Shown here in pieces: positions 37,101-49,332 of a DNA stretch of 64,000 nt. Source of the stretch: Phoronis australis (Eukaryota; Animalia; Phoronida); assembly GCA_002633005.1 (NCBI GenBank), contig NMRA01000345.1:333131-397130 (forward strand), written 5' to 3'. Position 1 is the first letter of the stretch. The number at the start of each line of letters is the position of its first letter. The position numbers and the translations under genes were made by a program. The notes beneath the pieces are model-generated. The model made no database searches. It was not told where the DNA came from and saw only the letters and a list, made by a program, of their open reading frames with translations.

Positions 37101-38335
37101 GTCTTTTAGAGATTGAAGACTTAGCGTCCAGTGCTACGCAAACGCGCGATTTCCCGACGTTTAGATCGATGATCACAACTAGAGTGCAACTACGGCCTCC
37201 GAGCCGGCGGTTTGGCAATGTGAATTATAATACAAGTAACGAATTCTTGTTTCGGGTCACGGATTTACTTCAGAATATAATACTTGAACGTTTTGTCACT
37301 TTATTTTCTTTCCATGTTCGCAAAGTTTATTTTATTACTCCAGCTATTTATTGTTTTCTTTAGATTTTTTCATCGGTATTTGAATAACGAAAGTTGTTGA
37401 AAACCTCAAAACACTAATTCAAATGTCACTGGCATTCAAACCAAAGGTTTGAAATGAAACTGTCTCTTTGACTACGCAGCGCCCTTCCATGCTTTAAAGG
37501 TATTCGCAAAGATTTGACTTGAGTGGTTTTGGCAGGGTGAAGTTCAATTTGCATGAAATCTTCCCGTGTTCATGGGAAATTAGGATGTGCCATTGCCCTA
37601 CTCTACTACTACTCGCTGTAGTTGGAAAACAGAACGAGACCCGAGTCATGACTGAGTGATGTTGATTTGAAGCCTCCATATACATCCTTATTCTTCAAAC
37701 ACATCCCACCTGTCAAAGAGACTTCCCGTAGCTAAGATGACGTCATCGCCCATCAAAATCACTCACAGTATACGAATTTATTTGTCTTTGGCTTAACCAT
37801 TCTCATAAAAATAATCCAAATCCCAAAAGATTTTTTGTGTTTAAACCTCGAATTTTATCAGAAACTCAAAATTTCAATTCTTAAAATAATTGTCCATTTC
37901 TAGAAAGCACTGAAAATGTTCTAATTTTGGCGAAGTGCGCAGTTATTACTAACTACATTTCTGCGAGTGGGCTTTGAATACTTCAATGACACAATTTATA
38001 ATTTTACTTATTTTAATAGGCTGCCAACAAAAGGCTTGTGAACTCCTCATATTTGTGAACACTGAAGAGGTGCGTACATTGGAAAAGCCTACTATTTGAC
38101 TAACGCAACTCAATACCACTCTTTAAATAAGTCTAAGTATTTATTTTAATGTAGTCGTTTTGTAAGAGGCTTCTTATTAAGAGCTGAAAATTGATTAATG
38201 TATCTCTTGAAAGATCTCAAAATAACGTTGAGAGAAGTTTCAATTTTGCTAAAAAATTGCAATTAAAGTTCGAGTAAGAGCGAAAATGATATTTTGGAAT
38301 GTATTTGTTTTGTAGAAGACTGTAGGAATCAAAGA

Positions 38336-38416
38336 ATGGCCGAAGACGCTTTGTATAAACTTTTGGCTGACCGTGGAGTGCCAGAGGAAGCAATTAAACT
38401 CATGAAAAACGATAAG
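38336..38416 (+). CDS. Exon 1 of an unannotated 114-aa SAM-like small protein
   Basis: agaATGG start, MAEDALYKLLADRGVPEEAIKLMKNDK, then AAG|GTGAT phase-0 donor. Confidence 0.78.
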
Positions 38417-39269
38417 GTGATCACAGAATTGATTTCCAGTGATTGTAAAATTCATTAGCCCGCCAGAGCTAAGTTGCCTAAAACTTATCCGCTGGAGAAA
38501 TTATTGTTTGCGTGACGTCACGTACAATATCAACGCGACGTCATTATTGCTATCCATTGTAAAAACTTTGTGCAACCCGCGGTCTCTGTTTTTTATTACG
38601 CATATTCATAATTTAAAGCCTGATTACATCCAGGGTGCGAAATCTTGCCTGCGTTCAGTAACGCCAGGACCTGCGTGTTCTTGTTTAAAATACACGGTAA
38701 TATCTTACGTAATCTAGTGAAGTCTTGCCTTTTAGCGAGGTCCTGGCGTTCACTGAACGGGATGCTTATGTCTGAATTGGAACTCGAACTCCAGTTTGAT
38801 TTTGTGATGAGCTCGAGAAACCGTGCATCACGTGCACTTTTTTACCCTAACGTTGCCTTGGCGAATTTTGAATCTGGAAGTTCGATGATCCTGTGGTAAG
38901 AAAATTGTTGGAAAATGTCCTGCCGCGTCGAGGTTGGGTTGAAAGTGTATCCTGAAGCATTTTGTACATATCGATGTTAAGCTGCACCGTACCGTGAATT
39001 AAGAGTCAGTGTATACAAAACAAAGTACTGCAAATTTGAAAACTATAATGAGATCTTCGTCATTTTTAAAGCGATTTCAATACTTCATGAGTCGCCGTGA
39101 GAAAGATGTTGTAGATTTTAAACTTTTTAGAAAGTTTGACACTCACTAATAGGTTTGCAAGAAATTTCAGTACAAGTGCTCTTTTGAGACCTGGTGTCCA
39201 ACTTTCAGAATACATACATATAACATTCCAAAAGAAAAAAAATAACTGGTCATCACGTGTATTTGGCAG

Positions 39270-39533
39270 ATCAGCAAAGAAAACATCAAAACCATGAGTC
39301 AAGAAATGATGGCGAAGTATTTGCCAAAACTGACTGACAGAGCGGCGGTAATAGAATTATTTTGTAAACCACTCCTGAAGGACCTAGCCAACCAAGAAAA
39401 ACCTAAGGATGGAGAAAATTCGAGACCAACATTTAAAGACGCTTTAGCTGAACAACTGAAGAGCGCAATGGGAACCACCAATGCGGCTGATGGCGCTCAG
39501 CGTCAGCAAGGATTGAAGAAAGGCTTCTTTTGA
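39270..39533 (+). CDS. Exon 2 of the SAM-like small protein
   Basis: ggcAG phase-0 acceptor. ISKENIKTMSQEMMAKYLPKLTDRAAVIELFCKPLL...GLKKGFF then stop. In frame with ORF 39294-39533. Confidence 0.78.
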   Translation: MSKENIKTMSQEMMAKYLPKLTDRAAVIELFCKPLLKDLANQEKPKDGENSRPTFKDALAEQLKSAMGTTNAADGAQRQQGLKKGFF

Positions 39534-39765
39534 TGATGCGATGCGAAATTGTAGTTAAATAATTAATACCAAGAACTTCGTCTGTATGCAAAACCTCCGT
39601 TATTTTGTTTTTAATATCATCTGGTGGATCGAATCGACGCAAAAACAACAAAACTCACGACTCCTTGGCATCTACGATTTCACTCTAGTGGGGGTCTATC
39701 AGAAATTTCGGGACAAAATGTCTGTGAAACTCCTGAAGCGGCATATCGCGTGCAGCATTTTTTTA

Positions 39766-41750
39766 TTAAGACAAAGGGGAGGAGCGTTGCGCTGGCGACC
39801 TCCTGAGTCAGTCCTTGTACCTAAAAACTATTAAAGTTTTTTTGTGGCTTATCAAGTAGAAGGTTTACTTGAAATGCAGTAAGATCAGTTGTCGTACTGG
39901 ACTAGAGAGGTTCCTGTGTCACTGGCATGCAAATTCGTAAACCATGATTTCAATCATCCGCGTTCAGTTAATATCTGTCACAACACCCGAGAGTATTTCT
40001 TTTCCACTTTTCATTCCCCTCTTTGTGCTAACACAAGATCACCGACTATTATCGTTTTAGTTCGAGTTCATTATGGTTTCCGTTTATGACTGCATAACTT
40101 TAATTTGAAGTTGGTGATCTTAGCATTGAAGCTACAGCTCGATTCTTAATTATAAATATCCCCAATTTTTACTCGAGTTTGTTGTTGGAGTCTATCACTC
40201 GTGAAACAGTGCGAACAAAGACTAGACATCATCTGTATACATCAAAATGTGCTCGTCGCCGAGCACAGAATAATAGACAACCGTATCAAGTAAAACGCAA
40301 AACGTCAAAAATATTTTCGAAATCGATTTTAGTACAACGATTAGACACAGAACTGCGTTTTTATCTAGTCATGCTTTTTTCGACTCAAGTCTTCGTTATT
40401 TTTGTAAGATGCTGCCATGCTTGGGTGGATAATTCTCATACTTCATCAGATTTCAGTTTATCACAGGAGGTTACTTTGCCCTCTCAGGTATTGCATTAAT
40501 TGCTTTTGATAAAATTGTTGTGACACTCGGAGGCACCGTGTGAAAAATATTCATTACGTACCATTCTCCTGGAGTGTGAAAATCAAAAAAATTTCGAGTA
40601 TCACGATCTATCACACTGCATTAAACTTTTCAAGCAAGCCTTTTGTGTCTTAATACACATGGTCCTAGCTTACAGTCATGACAAAGGAATCAACAGGTGA
40701 AAGTTAAGTTTAAGTTCTCTGAAAGTCAATCGTTTTTCTCCATTCGAAGTTTGTTAGTGAAAGTATTACATACGACTGAAACTCGTCTGCTTCACGTCGG
40801 ACTTTTGTTGAACCATAGATATTAGGATCTATAGTCTATGGTTGAACAAAGTCGTTTGGAATCGATATCGGTAGCGTACCACGAGGCGCGCTGTCATACA
40901 TAGTTGCTGGATTACGTGAGTAGACAATAAGAAAGCTGGGTTATATAAACATTGGTTTGCTACCGTGAAACTGATAACGACACAGCTGTGTATCCCGACT
41001 TTCCGACCGGTCAGTCGCGGATATACTGATTCCATGACCGCTGCGCGGGTGCATAACACAAAAAATTCAGGAGACATTTCTTGATGTGTTTATAATGTGC
41101 GTAAAAGCACATGATTAAGAAATTATATTAAAATATAAAGGTTTCTCAGCGAAAAGTGTTTCTTAGTTTCAGAATGACTTTGTTTAGCGATGGTCCAAAA
41201 TGCCATTGAGAACTCGGCTCCTCCGCCAGCCCGCCGGGTCAGTGGACAGCAAAGATAGTATAAAATCCAATGAGATAAATATGTATATAGCTCATTGATA
41301 AAATCTTTGTGGACAGTGATCACTTTAGTTTTTAGTTCTTCCGCTTGGTGTCACTCTTCTCTCGGGTAAATTCGGTAAAGCTCGTCCTTTACAGGTGGCA
41401 ATATGGCGACTAAGGCAGGAAAGAAGCTAACTAAAGAAGAAGAGCTGCTACTTCAGGACTTTAGCAGGAATGTTAGCACGAAATCGTCTGCTTTATTCTA
41501 CGGAAATGCATTTGTTGTCTCTGCAATTCCATTATGTATGTATCCATGGTCATTGCTGTTTTAATATCTGAGCTAATTAGTCAAAGTGACCGTCACCGGC
41601 CACGTCGACAAAAACAACTCTAAACTATTCAACCGACTCTAGTCTAGGTTCCGTTTTGCAAAAGTTTTAAGGGGTGATAGCCACAAAAGCATCACTTCTG
41701 TACAATTCTGTTGATGATTTGTTAAAATTTAAGCTAATTGGCGAAGTCCC
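39766..41750 (+). repeat. Copy A of the ~1.9-kb duplicated segment (SSR3 promoter and exon 1)
   Basis: Near-identical to 41752-43617. The two copies abut at a single N (41751). Confidence 0.95.
41403..41535 (+). CDS. SSR3: SSR3 exon 1, duplicate copy (probably allelic)
   Basis: [44 protein letters not shown] with T|GTATGT donor. Differs from the second copy by one synonymous change (ACT/ACG). Confidence 0.8.
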
Positions 41751-41751
41751 N

Positions 41752-43617
41752 TTAAGACAAATGGGAGGAGCGTTGCGCTGGCGACCTCCTGAGTCAGTCC
41801 TTGTAACTAAAAACTATTATAGTGACCAACGAAAGATCAAAGTTTTTTTCTTGGCTTATCAAGTAGAAGGCTTACTTCCAGACTTTTAACTTGAAAAGCA
41901 GTAAGATCAGTTGTCGTACTGGACTAGAGAGGTTCCTGAGTGTCGCCGGCATGCAAATTCGTAAACCATGATTTCAATCGTTTTGAGATCATCCGCGTTC
42001 AGTTAATATCTGTCACAACACCCGAGAGTATTTCTTTTCCACTTTTCATTCCTCTCTTTCTGCTAACACAAGATCACCGACTATTATCGTTTGAGTTCGA
42101 GTTCATTTTGGTTTCCGTTTATTACTGCATAACTTTAATTTGCAGTTGGTGATCTTAGTATTGAAGATACAGCTCGATTCTGAATTGTAAATATCCCCAA
42201 TTTTTACTCGAGTTTGTTGTTGGAGTCTATCGCTCGTGAAAAAGTGCGAACAACGACTAGACATCATCTGTATACATCAAAATGTGCTCGTCGCCGAGCA
42301 CAGAATAATAGACAACGTATCAAGTAAAACGCAAAACGTCAAAAATATTTTCGAAATCGATTTTGAGTACAACGATTAGACACAGAACTGCGTTTTTATC
42401 TATTCATGCTTTTTTTCGACTCAAGTCTTCGTTATTTTTGTAAGATGCTGCATGCTTGGGTGGATAATTGTCATACTTCATCAGATTTCAGTTTATCACA
42501 GGAGGGTACTTTGTCCTCTCAGGTATTGCATTAATTGCTTCTGATAAAAATGTTGTGACACTCGGAGGCACCGTGTGAAAAATATTCATTACGTACCATT
42601 CTCCTGGAGTGTGAAAATCAAAAAAATTTCGAGTATCACGATCTATCACACTCCATTAAACTTTTCAAGCAAGCCTTTTGTGTCTTAATACACATGGTCC
42701 TAGCTTTTTACAGTCATGGCAAAGCCGGAATCAACAGGTGAAAGTTAAGTCTAAGTTCTCTGAAAGTCAATCATGGCGTTTTTCTCCATTCGAAGTTTGT
42801 TAGTGAAAGTATTACATACGACTGAAACTCGTCTGCTTCACGTCGGACTTTTGTTGAACCATAGATATTAGTATGTATAGTCTATGGTTGAACAAAGTCG
42901 TTTGGAATATCGGTAGCGTACCATGAGGCGCGCTGTCATACATCATAGTTGCTGGATTACGTGAGTAGACAATAAGAAAGTTGGGCTATGTAAACATTGG
43001 TTTGCTACCGTGAAACTGATAACGACACAGCTGTATCCCGACTTTCCGACCGGTCAGTCGCGGATATGCTGATTCCATGACCGCTGCGCCTGTGCGTAAC
43101 GCAAAAAATTCAGGAGACATTTCTTGATGTGTTTATAATGTGCGTAAAAGCACATGATTAAGAGATAAATCTTTGTGGACAGTGATCACTTTAGTTTTTA
43201 GTTCTTCCGCTTGGTGTCACTCTTCTCTCGGGTAAATTCGGTAAAACTCGTCCTTTACAGGTGGCAATATGGCGACGAAGGCAGGAAAGAAGCTAACTAA
43301 AGAAGAAGAGCTGCTACTTCAGGACTTTAGCAGGAATGTTAGCACGAAATCGTCTGCTTTATTCTACGGAAATGCATTTGTTGTCTCTGCAATTCCATTA
43401 TGTATGTATCCATGGTCATTGCTGTTTTAATATCTGAGCTAATTAGTCATAGTGACCGTCACCGGCCACGTCGACAAAAACAAAACTCAAACTATTCAAC
43501 CGTCTCTAGTCTAGGTTCCGTTTTGCAAAAGTTTTAAGGGGTGATAGCCACAAAAGCATCACTTCTGTACAATTCTGTTGATGATTTGTTAAAATTTAAG
43601 CTAATTGGCGAAGTCCC
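41752..43617 (+). repeat. Copy B of the duplicated segment
   Basis: Starts ttaagacaa directly after the N and ends ttggcgaagtccc, as copy A does. Confidence 0.95.
43269..43401 (+). CDS. SSR3: SSR3 (TRAP-gamma) exon 1
   Basis: [26 protein letters not shown] is the TRAP-gamma signature. GT donor at 43402. Confidence 0.96.
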
Positions 43618-43907
43618 TCCTATGCCAGGCTATCAATTCACGTAAACAACTGCCAAACAATGATGGCAGCTTATCTCGATCTTAAAAACTGATTCAGAAG
43701 CTGTAGGTCTTGATTCACGATGTTGGTTCAGCCTAGTCAACCATCTAAGACATCTGATTAGTGTGGAATCTGGAAGGTGTCGTCTAGAACCGTTCAGATA
43801 TAGATAGCCACTTCATCTGGCTGAACAGGTAGAGTGAATGAATCAATAATGCTTAACTCTGGCTAAGCTATAAAAGTCACTTGAGTATGTGTATTTTTGG
43901 ATGTTAA

Positions 43908-44012
43908 GGGGAGGTCACCTGTGTGCCAGCAACTCCAAGCGGATGCAGAACAGATGGCAAACAGGTCTGTGGTGCCTCCTCTCGGCATGGCTGGCAGACG
44001 TGTGACCTCCCC
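43908..44012. mobile_element. Small Kolobok-like MITE
   Basis: TTAA|GGGGAGGTCAC..tgccagc and gctggca..GTGACCTCCCC|ATAA, giving TIRs of about 23 bp. Confidence 0.65.
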
Positions 44013-44723
44013 ATAACCCAGGAGCTGTATGTATACAGATGCTTTTCGTGTGCATAATCTGTGCTGTGTTCGTTAGTATGGAGCTGTGGTCATGAATGCA
44101 TTTGCTGTGCTTTGGTTGCCTGAATCAATAGCTTCAGATAGTTCATGACACCACACCAAACTTTATTATTATAACGATTAAATAAATTCATGACCTCTGC
44201 AACTAGCAAAATTGTCATGACTGTAAGCGTGAAAATCCCATCGATCATTGCTGTTTTCAAGGATATTTTCGAACCTTTTCTTGTAGGAACAACATATTTA
44301 CTGCAATTATTGAAATTTATTGCCATCTGAGCATTTCGCAATATTTTTATGCTGAAAAAAAGCAGTAAAAATTTTATGCTGATTTCAGATCTACATGGTG
44401 AATCAAGTAAAGCCTTGTAAGGTGACACCCACCGAGTATTGTGGAACTAAAAACAACATCAACTTTGAGTTGGTGACCTCAGATTTTATGCAGCTCGTTA
44501 GTTGCCTTTTGATATTTTCTTTCTGTTGTATTAATCTGAAACTGAGGCAATGTTTTGTAATGATTCAGTTTGGCTATCTCTTTGTGGTCACTAACTTGAC
44601 AGTCAGCTTTTGGGAGGTCATAAGGTCATTGTAGCTGTGTTAAAAATATATTAATTTTTTAAATATGTATTGGTTATTTTAAATTTATCATCTTAAAAGC
44701 TTTTGTTATTATTTACTTTTCAG

Positions 44724-44850
44724 GGTTATTCTGGAAAATCCACATGATGGATCTCTACCAGTCTGCCATTATATTTGCTGTCATGACCCTCGTGAGCACC
44801 TATCTTGTAGCAATGGCGTACAAAAACGTCAAGTTTGTGCTGAAGCACAA
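44724..44850 (+). CDS. SSR3: SSR3 exon 2
   Basis: ttttcAG acceptor, AA|GTAAGT donor. [43 protein letters not shown]. Confidence 0.96.
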
Positions 44851-45414
44851 GTAAGTCACAATGATTTTATGTGGTTTTAGTATTTTAACATTCATCATTT
44901 GAAATGGAATCATTTCTTTCATTCTCTTCTAATGGTTTTAAGGGAGGTTATTTCATAATTGATATTAATCTTCCCTCTTGTTATTGTTCTAATAGCCTTA
45001 CATGTCTACCAAATGGACAACTAATGACAATTTTGCTTTTTCATAGTTTTCTATTTTCAAAGATGCACAGCTTGGGATTCTCTCATTAGTTTATGTTTAT
45101 AATCTTAGCAGCTGCGTGTCATAGTGATACTTTTATTTTATGATAATTACGTATTGTGATGCTATTTAGTAAATTACAAAAATGACAAAAGTACGTGTGT
45201 CCAGATCAGTCAAATTCATTGAAGTTGCATGCGGAATGACAATGTCTGTAAAAGGCAGAGTGAATTGGTCTGTCAGTCAGGGATATGCTACACTGCAGTG
45301 GTATCTAGGGGAATATTGCCGGGAGTCTGCGTCAGTAAAGAGGCTGGGTGATGAAGTAAAAACAAAACAGTGTTCAAATTATATTTTATCATAGATTTTG
45401 ACAAATTGTTACAG

Positions 45415-45507
45415 AGTTGCACCTAAAGTTGAAGAAGCAGTGTCCAAGGAGATTCTAAAGAAGGTAGCAGATGACAAGAAGATGTCAAAGAAAGAAAAGG
45501 ATGAAAG
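45415..45507 (+). CDS. SSR3: SSR3 exon 3
   Basis: ttacAG acceptor, AG|GTGAAT donor. VAPKVEEAVSKEILKKVADDKKMSKKEKDER. Confidence 0.95.
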
Positions 45508-46926
45508 GTGAATAAATCGACTGATATCATTAAGAGGATGTCGCACCATTTTACCAGATCATAGTCTAAGTTGCCTTGTGTTCACAGTTGAGGGGAGATT
45601 TTCGTGTGCTTCAAGTTCAAATTTCTGTCCATCCAGCTGTCTAGTTAAATTGATATCTATGTTGAATTTGTGAATCAGATATTGTTTTCAATCAGACTTG
45701 GGTGTTTTGTGTTCTTTTTACATTTTTCTTTCGAGAAATGTATTTTAGAGTTGCCATGCTCATTTTTAGTAAATTGGGATATTCTCCTTACTGTAATCCT
45801 ATAACTCTGATCGCTGAAATATGCAGTCAGATATGCAATACATTTAGAAGTGACTGCCGATGTCAACATAAAATCTACATCAGGCTGAGCTGTATAACAC
45901 TATGTCATTCACCGGAACAGCTAATGATAAAAAACAAAGCGGAGAATATCCTTTGTTTTCTCAAGTGCAGGCCATACAGTGAGTCGCACTTTGTATGAAA
46001 AGTGAGTCGCACTTTGTATGTATTTGAGTTTTTACTACCAATAGTTGTAAATTCAAAAAGGGGAACTTCTGTGTACTTCTAGTGTAGCGGCCAGTTTGTT
46101 GGCAAACTTTGGAAATCTGCATACTTTGAGACAAAGAGAATGTCCTTTTAAAAGTCAAATGACTTGGCAGAAGGAAGCACATCTTGGAAGCAAAGTTTGT
46201 TGACTTCAGGTCTCATAGTGATGCCCGTTTATTATTTAATGGACGTTCGTTGAAACTGGAGATACTAAAATGAAAGCACAGCTGTACTGTAAATGAAAAC
46301 AAAGTGTTCTTCTTCATTACCTGTGTTGATTATCTGAATTGTGACTCAAGTTACACCACTTTTAAGGTTTTGAAAGAACATTTTCACGTTCAGCTGAATG
46401 TACTGGTCCTCCTAAGTCAAGAATAGAATGAATCACTAGGACTAGGAGACGTTTTAATGATACATGAAACGATAGATTTTCTTAAAACTCTTAAGCGTGT
46501 CCCGTTATATATCTGCTTGATGGCGAGACCTGACCAGTCTCGAAACAAAAGCTTCGGTTTAGGTATCCCTGTAATGTCTCTTCGTAATCTGCTTGACTAG
46601 TCTTGCTTTTCAGATAACCCACAAATGTACGTTCATCGAGAAGTAACTAACCGATGTCACTTTCACATATTCATCAAATTTCATGTTAATAAAGATGACG
46701 TTTTTGTAATTAGTTTTTTTTTGAATCATTAGGTTAGTTACCATTAAAATTTCTTTTATGAAATCTTAAACTTCATGTTGTTGGAAAAGTAGGAAGTATG
46801 ATTAGTACTGGCAGTGTGTTTATCACTGTTCAATGTGCAGTTTTTCTTACCTGAGCCTGGTAATTATTTCATGTGTTTTTGACTTAACTTACTTGTTGAC
46901 CATATATTACTTTTGGTTGTTTCTAG

Positions 46927-47125
46927 GATCCTTTGGAAAAAGAATGAAGTCGCCGACTATCAAGCCACCACCTTCTCCATTTTCTACAACAACGCCCTCT
47001 TCTTGGTCTTTGTTATTTTGGCGTCATTCTTCGTCTTGAAGACATTCAACCCTATTGTCAACTATGTCTTGACTATGTTGTGCGCATCAGGAATTATTGC
47101 TTTATTCTCAACCAGTTCTAAATGA
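46927..47125 (+). CDS. SSR3: SSR3 exon 4 (last; spliced protein is 183 aa)
   Basis: ttctAG acceptor. [65 protein letters not shown] then TGA. Confidence 0.97.
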
Positions 47126-47165
47126 GTAGTTTGAAATTATCTTATAATACTTTATATGACCATTG

Positions 47166-47171
47166 AATAAA
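47166..47171 (+). terminator. Candidate SSR3 polyadenylation signal
   Basis: AATAAA about 40 nt after the stop, followed by GT/T-rich sequence. Confidence 0.6.
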
Positions 47172-48414
47172 TATATTGTATATAGACAAGTTGGTTTCCA
47201 TTTGCACTAAGTTGTATTTTACATTTTTCGTCTCCCTATTTGACTTTGAGTAATCTTTGAAAACCATAGTTTTGCATCCTGTTTTGGAGTTGAATGGTTT
47301 GTTTTGATTGGTTAATACAGAAAGGTAATGTTGCTAATTACGCATAAAACCATGGATCAAATAAAATTCATTGACAGGTTTGGTTCAAGGGCAAGATTCA
47401 CCACTGCAATACTTGATCTATTTGACTTTTGAAATGTGCTGCTTTGGGTTGGGCCAAACTTTTTATGAATGAGACTAGTGAACCCACGTCAGTAGAGAAA
47501 AAAGTCGGAAAGTGGATGCACTGCCAACAAAACGTGCCTCCATTAGATGGGATTTGACTCGTGTCTTCATTCTCTTCATGAAAACAATACGAGCTTTATG
47601 GAGAACAGCATTCCTACTTCATGCAATGGGACATTAAACTGAGCAGGGACAAGGCTTGTGTAGCTCGGCATTTTCTAAGAAATCGTGCGTAAGTTTGGAG
47701 TTGATACTTCACACGGGGCTAGGCATGCATCCATGAAATCCCATTCTGTAAATTGCATTCAATTTGTGTTCCACTCTCATTTTGTAATGGTGAACTTTAT
47801 GAAAATTGTACATAGTACATTCTTACAGGGCAGTAGTTTTATAACAAAATGAGGAATAAGTGTGATAAGACCCATGTTTACATTTCTTCGTGGTTACTTT
47901 GCAACGATCTGATTTGTCTAAGTTCGAGGGTTTCTCAAATAAAAATAATCTTATTTGGTCTTATAATTTGACTTGTTGCCTATCCTTTTGAATTTTAGCA
48001 CCGTGAACAATGGATTATTCAACTGAAGTCTATATTATTCCCGCTGTGAATTTAAATTTGAGCAGATGCAATACTGAACTACTGTTCCAGCAAGATGAAA
48101 AACAATTTGTGATTATCATATTTACTTACGGACCAGCTGTAGACAAAATAGGTATTCATTCTTGAATAATTTTACATTCTTGATTCATGACCGAGTTTGG
48201 TAATCACCCACTCTTTTCCTTTACTTGACATGTCAAAAACATGCGCCTTCTTTGAGGAAAATGCAAACTACCTGTTCCGTCAACTGTTAGGCCATTTAAA
48301 ACATATGCGTGCACCAATGGTGGGCTCGCCAGGCTTCCCAATTGACGAAATGAGCAAAGAGAAACAAAAACTCCGAAAAAAAGTACAAAACGAGGCATAA
48401 GTTCACCAAAAATT

Positions 48415-48513
48415 CAGGAACTGCCAAAATTCGGCGAATGCACAATTCATAGCTCTGTACGTACCCAGTGAATTTTAGTAAAAGGTTCCCTCTTAAAAAT
48501 TCGAGCCCCCATT
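48415..48513 (+). repeat. Interspersed repeat fragment, copy 2 (copy 1 at about 27734-27835)
   Basis: Direct sequence similarity to copy 1. Confidence 0.85.
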
Positions 48514-48995
48514 GATTTAATTTTTAGCCCTGCAGGATGAGTGTGCTCACGATCCACATGAAGTTAAGTGAAAAACACTACTTGCCACTTTCTTAAAAGA
48601 ATTTAACCTCAGTTCAACCTCAGGAGTTCAACCAGACTTAGGATACAAAATTCAGAATCCTAGACATGACTGAGGCTGTAGAAAATGCGTCGGAGCGAAG
48701 ATTGCGATAGTGTGGTGTTGTCCGCTAGGTGTCTCTCGTCTTCCATTGTAGTTAAACTCTTATACATTTCTCAAGCAAAGTGTACACGTTTTAATGAAAT
48801 TTGTTTTAATAATCTTTTATAATTAGCCCAAATAGCAAATAATTCAATACCTTTCAATTTATTAGTGCTTTGAAATTGAAACGAAAAGCAGTAGTTTTCG
48901 ATCTGATGTATTTGCGACAATTGGTTTACGGTGCCGTCAAAGACCGTGAAAGCATGATAGTGTTTACGAATTTTTAGATTTCTACTTTCTAAGAT

Positions 48996-49298
48996 ATGGC
49001 GTGCTCAGTGCTTCCTGCGTCGCCAAATTGGTACTGTAGCAGGGTGAGTGATTGTCACGAAGACGGGACATTTATTTATGGTGCTCGAGGCTGCATCTAC
49101 GTGTACAATGTCAGTTGCAACCCACCGAAATTTATCGAAAATTTCTTCGCCCATTCAGAGAAGGTTTCGTCGGTTTCCATCAACCGGTTCTCTGCACCCG
49201 GACATACTGTTGTATCCAGTACAGGTGACGATGGAAAAGTGAAAGTTTGGGACCTTGGAAATGGTAATACGCTGCTGAAGGAACATATTCACAACCGT
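48996..49298 (+). CDS. GEMIN5: GEMIN5 exon 1
   Basis: LPASPNWYCSRVSD is the Gemin5 N-terminal motif, followed by WD40 (STGDDGKVKVWD). CGT|GTAAGT donor. Confidence 0.95.
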
Positions 49299-49332
49299 GT
49301 AAGTACAGTATTAGGGAACAGTACTACTAGTA

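Noticed and set aside
41403-41535. A genuine second SSR3 gene or paralog
   Set aside because: Only exon 1 is repeated and the junction is an N, so an assembly artefact is more likely.
43655-43760. Possible C/D snoRNA in SSR3 intron 1
   Set aside because: The C box is imperfect (ATGATGG), there is no terminal stem, and I recognise no rRNA guide sequence.
45978-46020. 20-bp direct repeat in SSR3 intron 3
   Set aside because: Simple local slippage duplication with no sign of function.
43465-47491. XBP1/UPRE-like CCACGTC motifs in SSR3 intron 1 and downstream of the gene
   Set aside because: Plausible for an ER gene, but short single motifs are too weak without conservation data.
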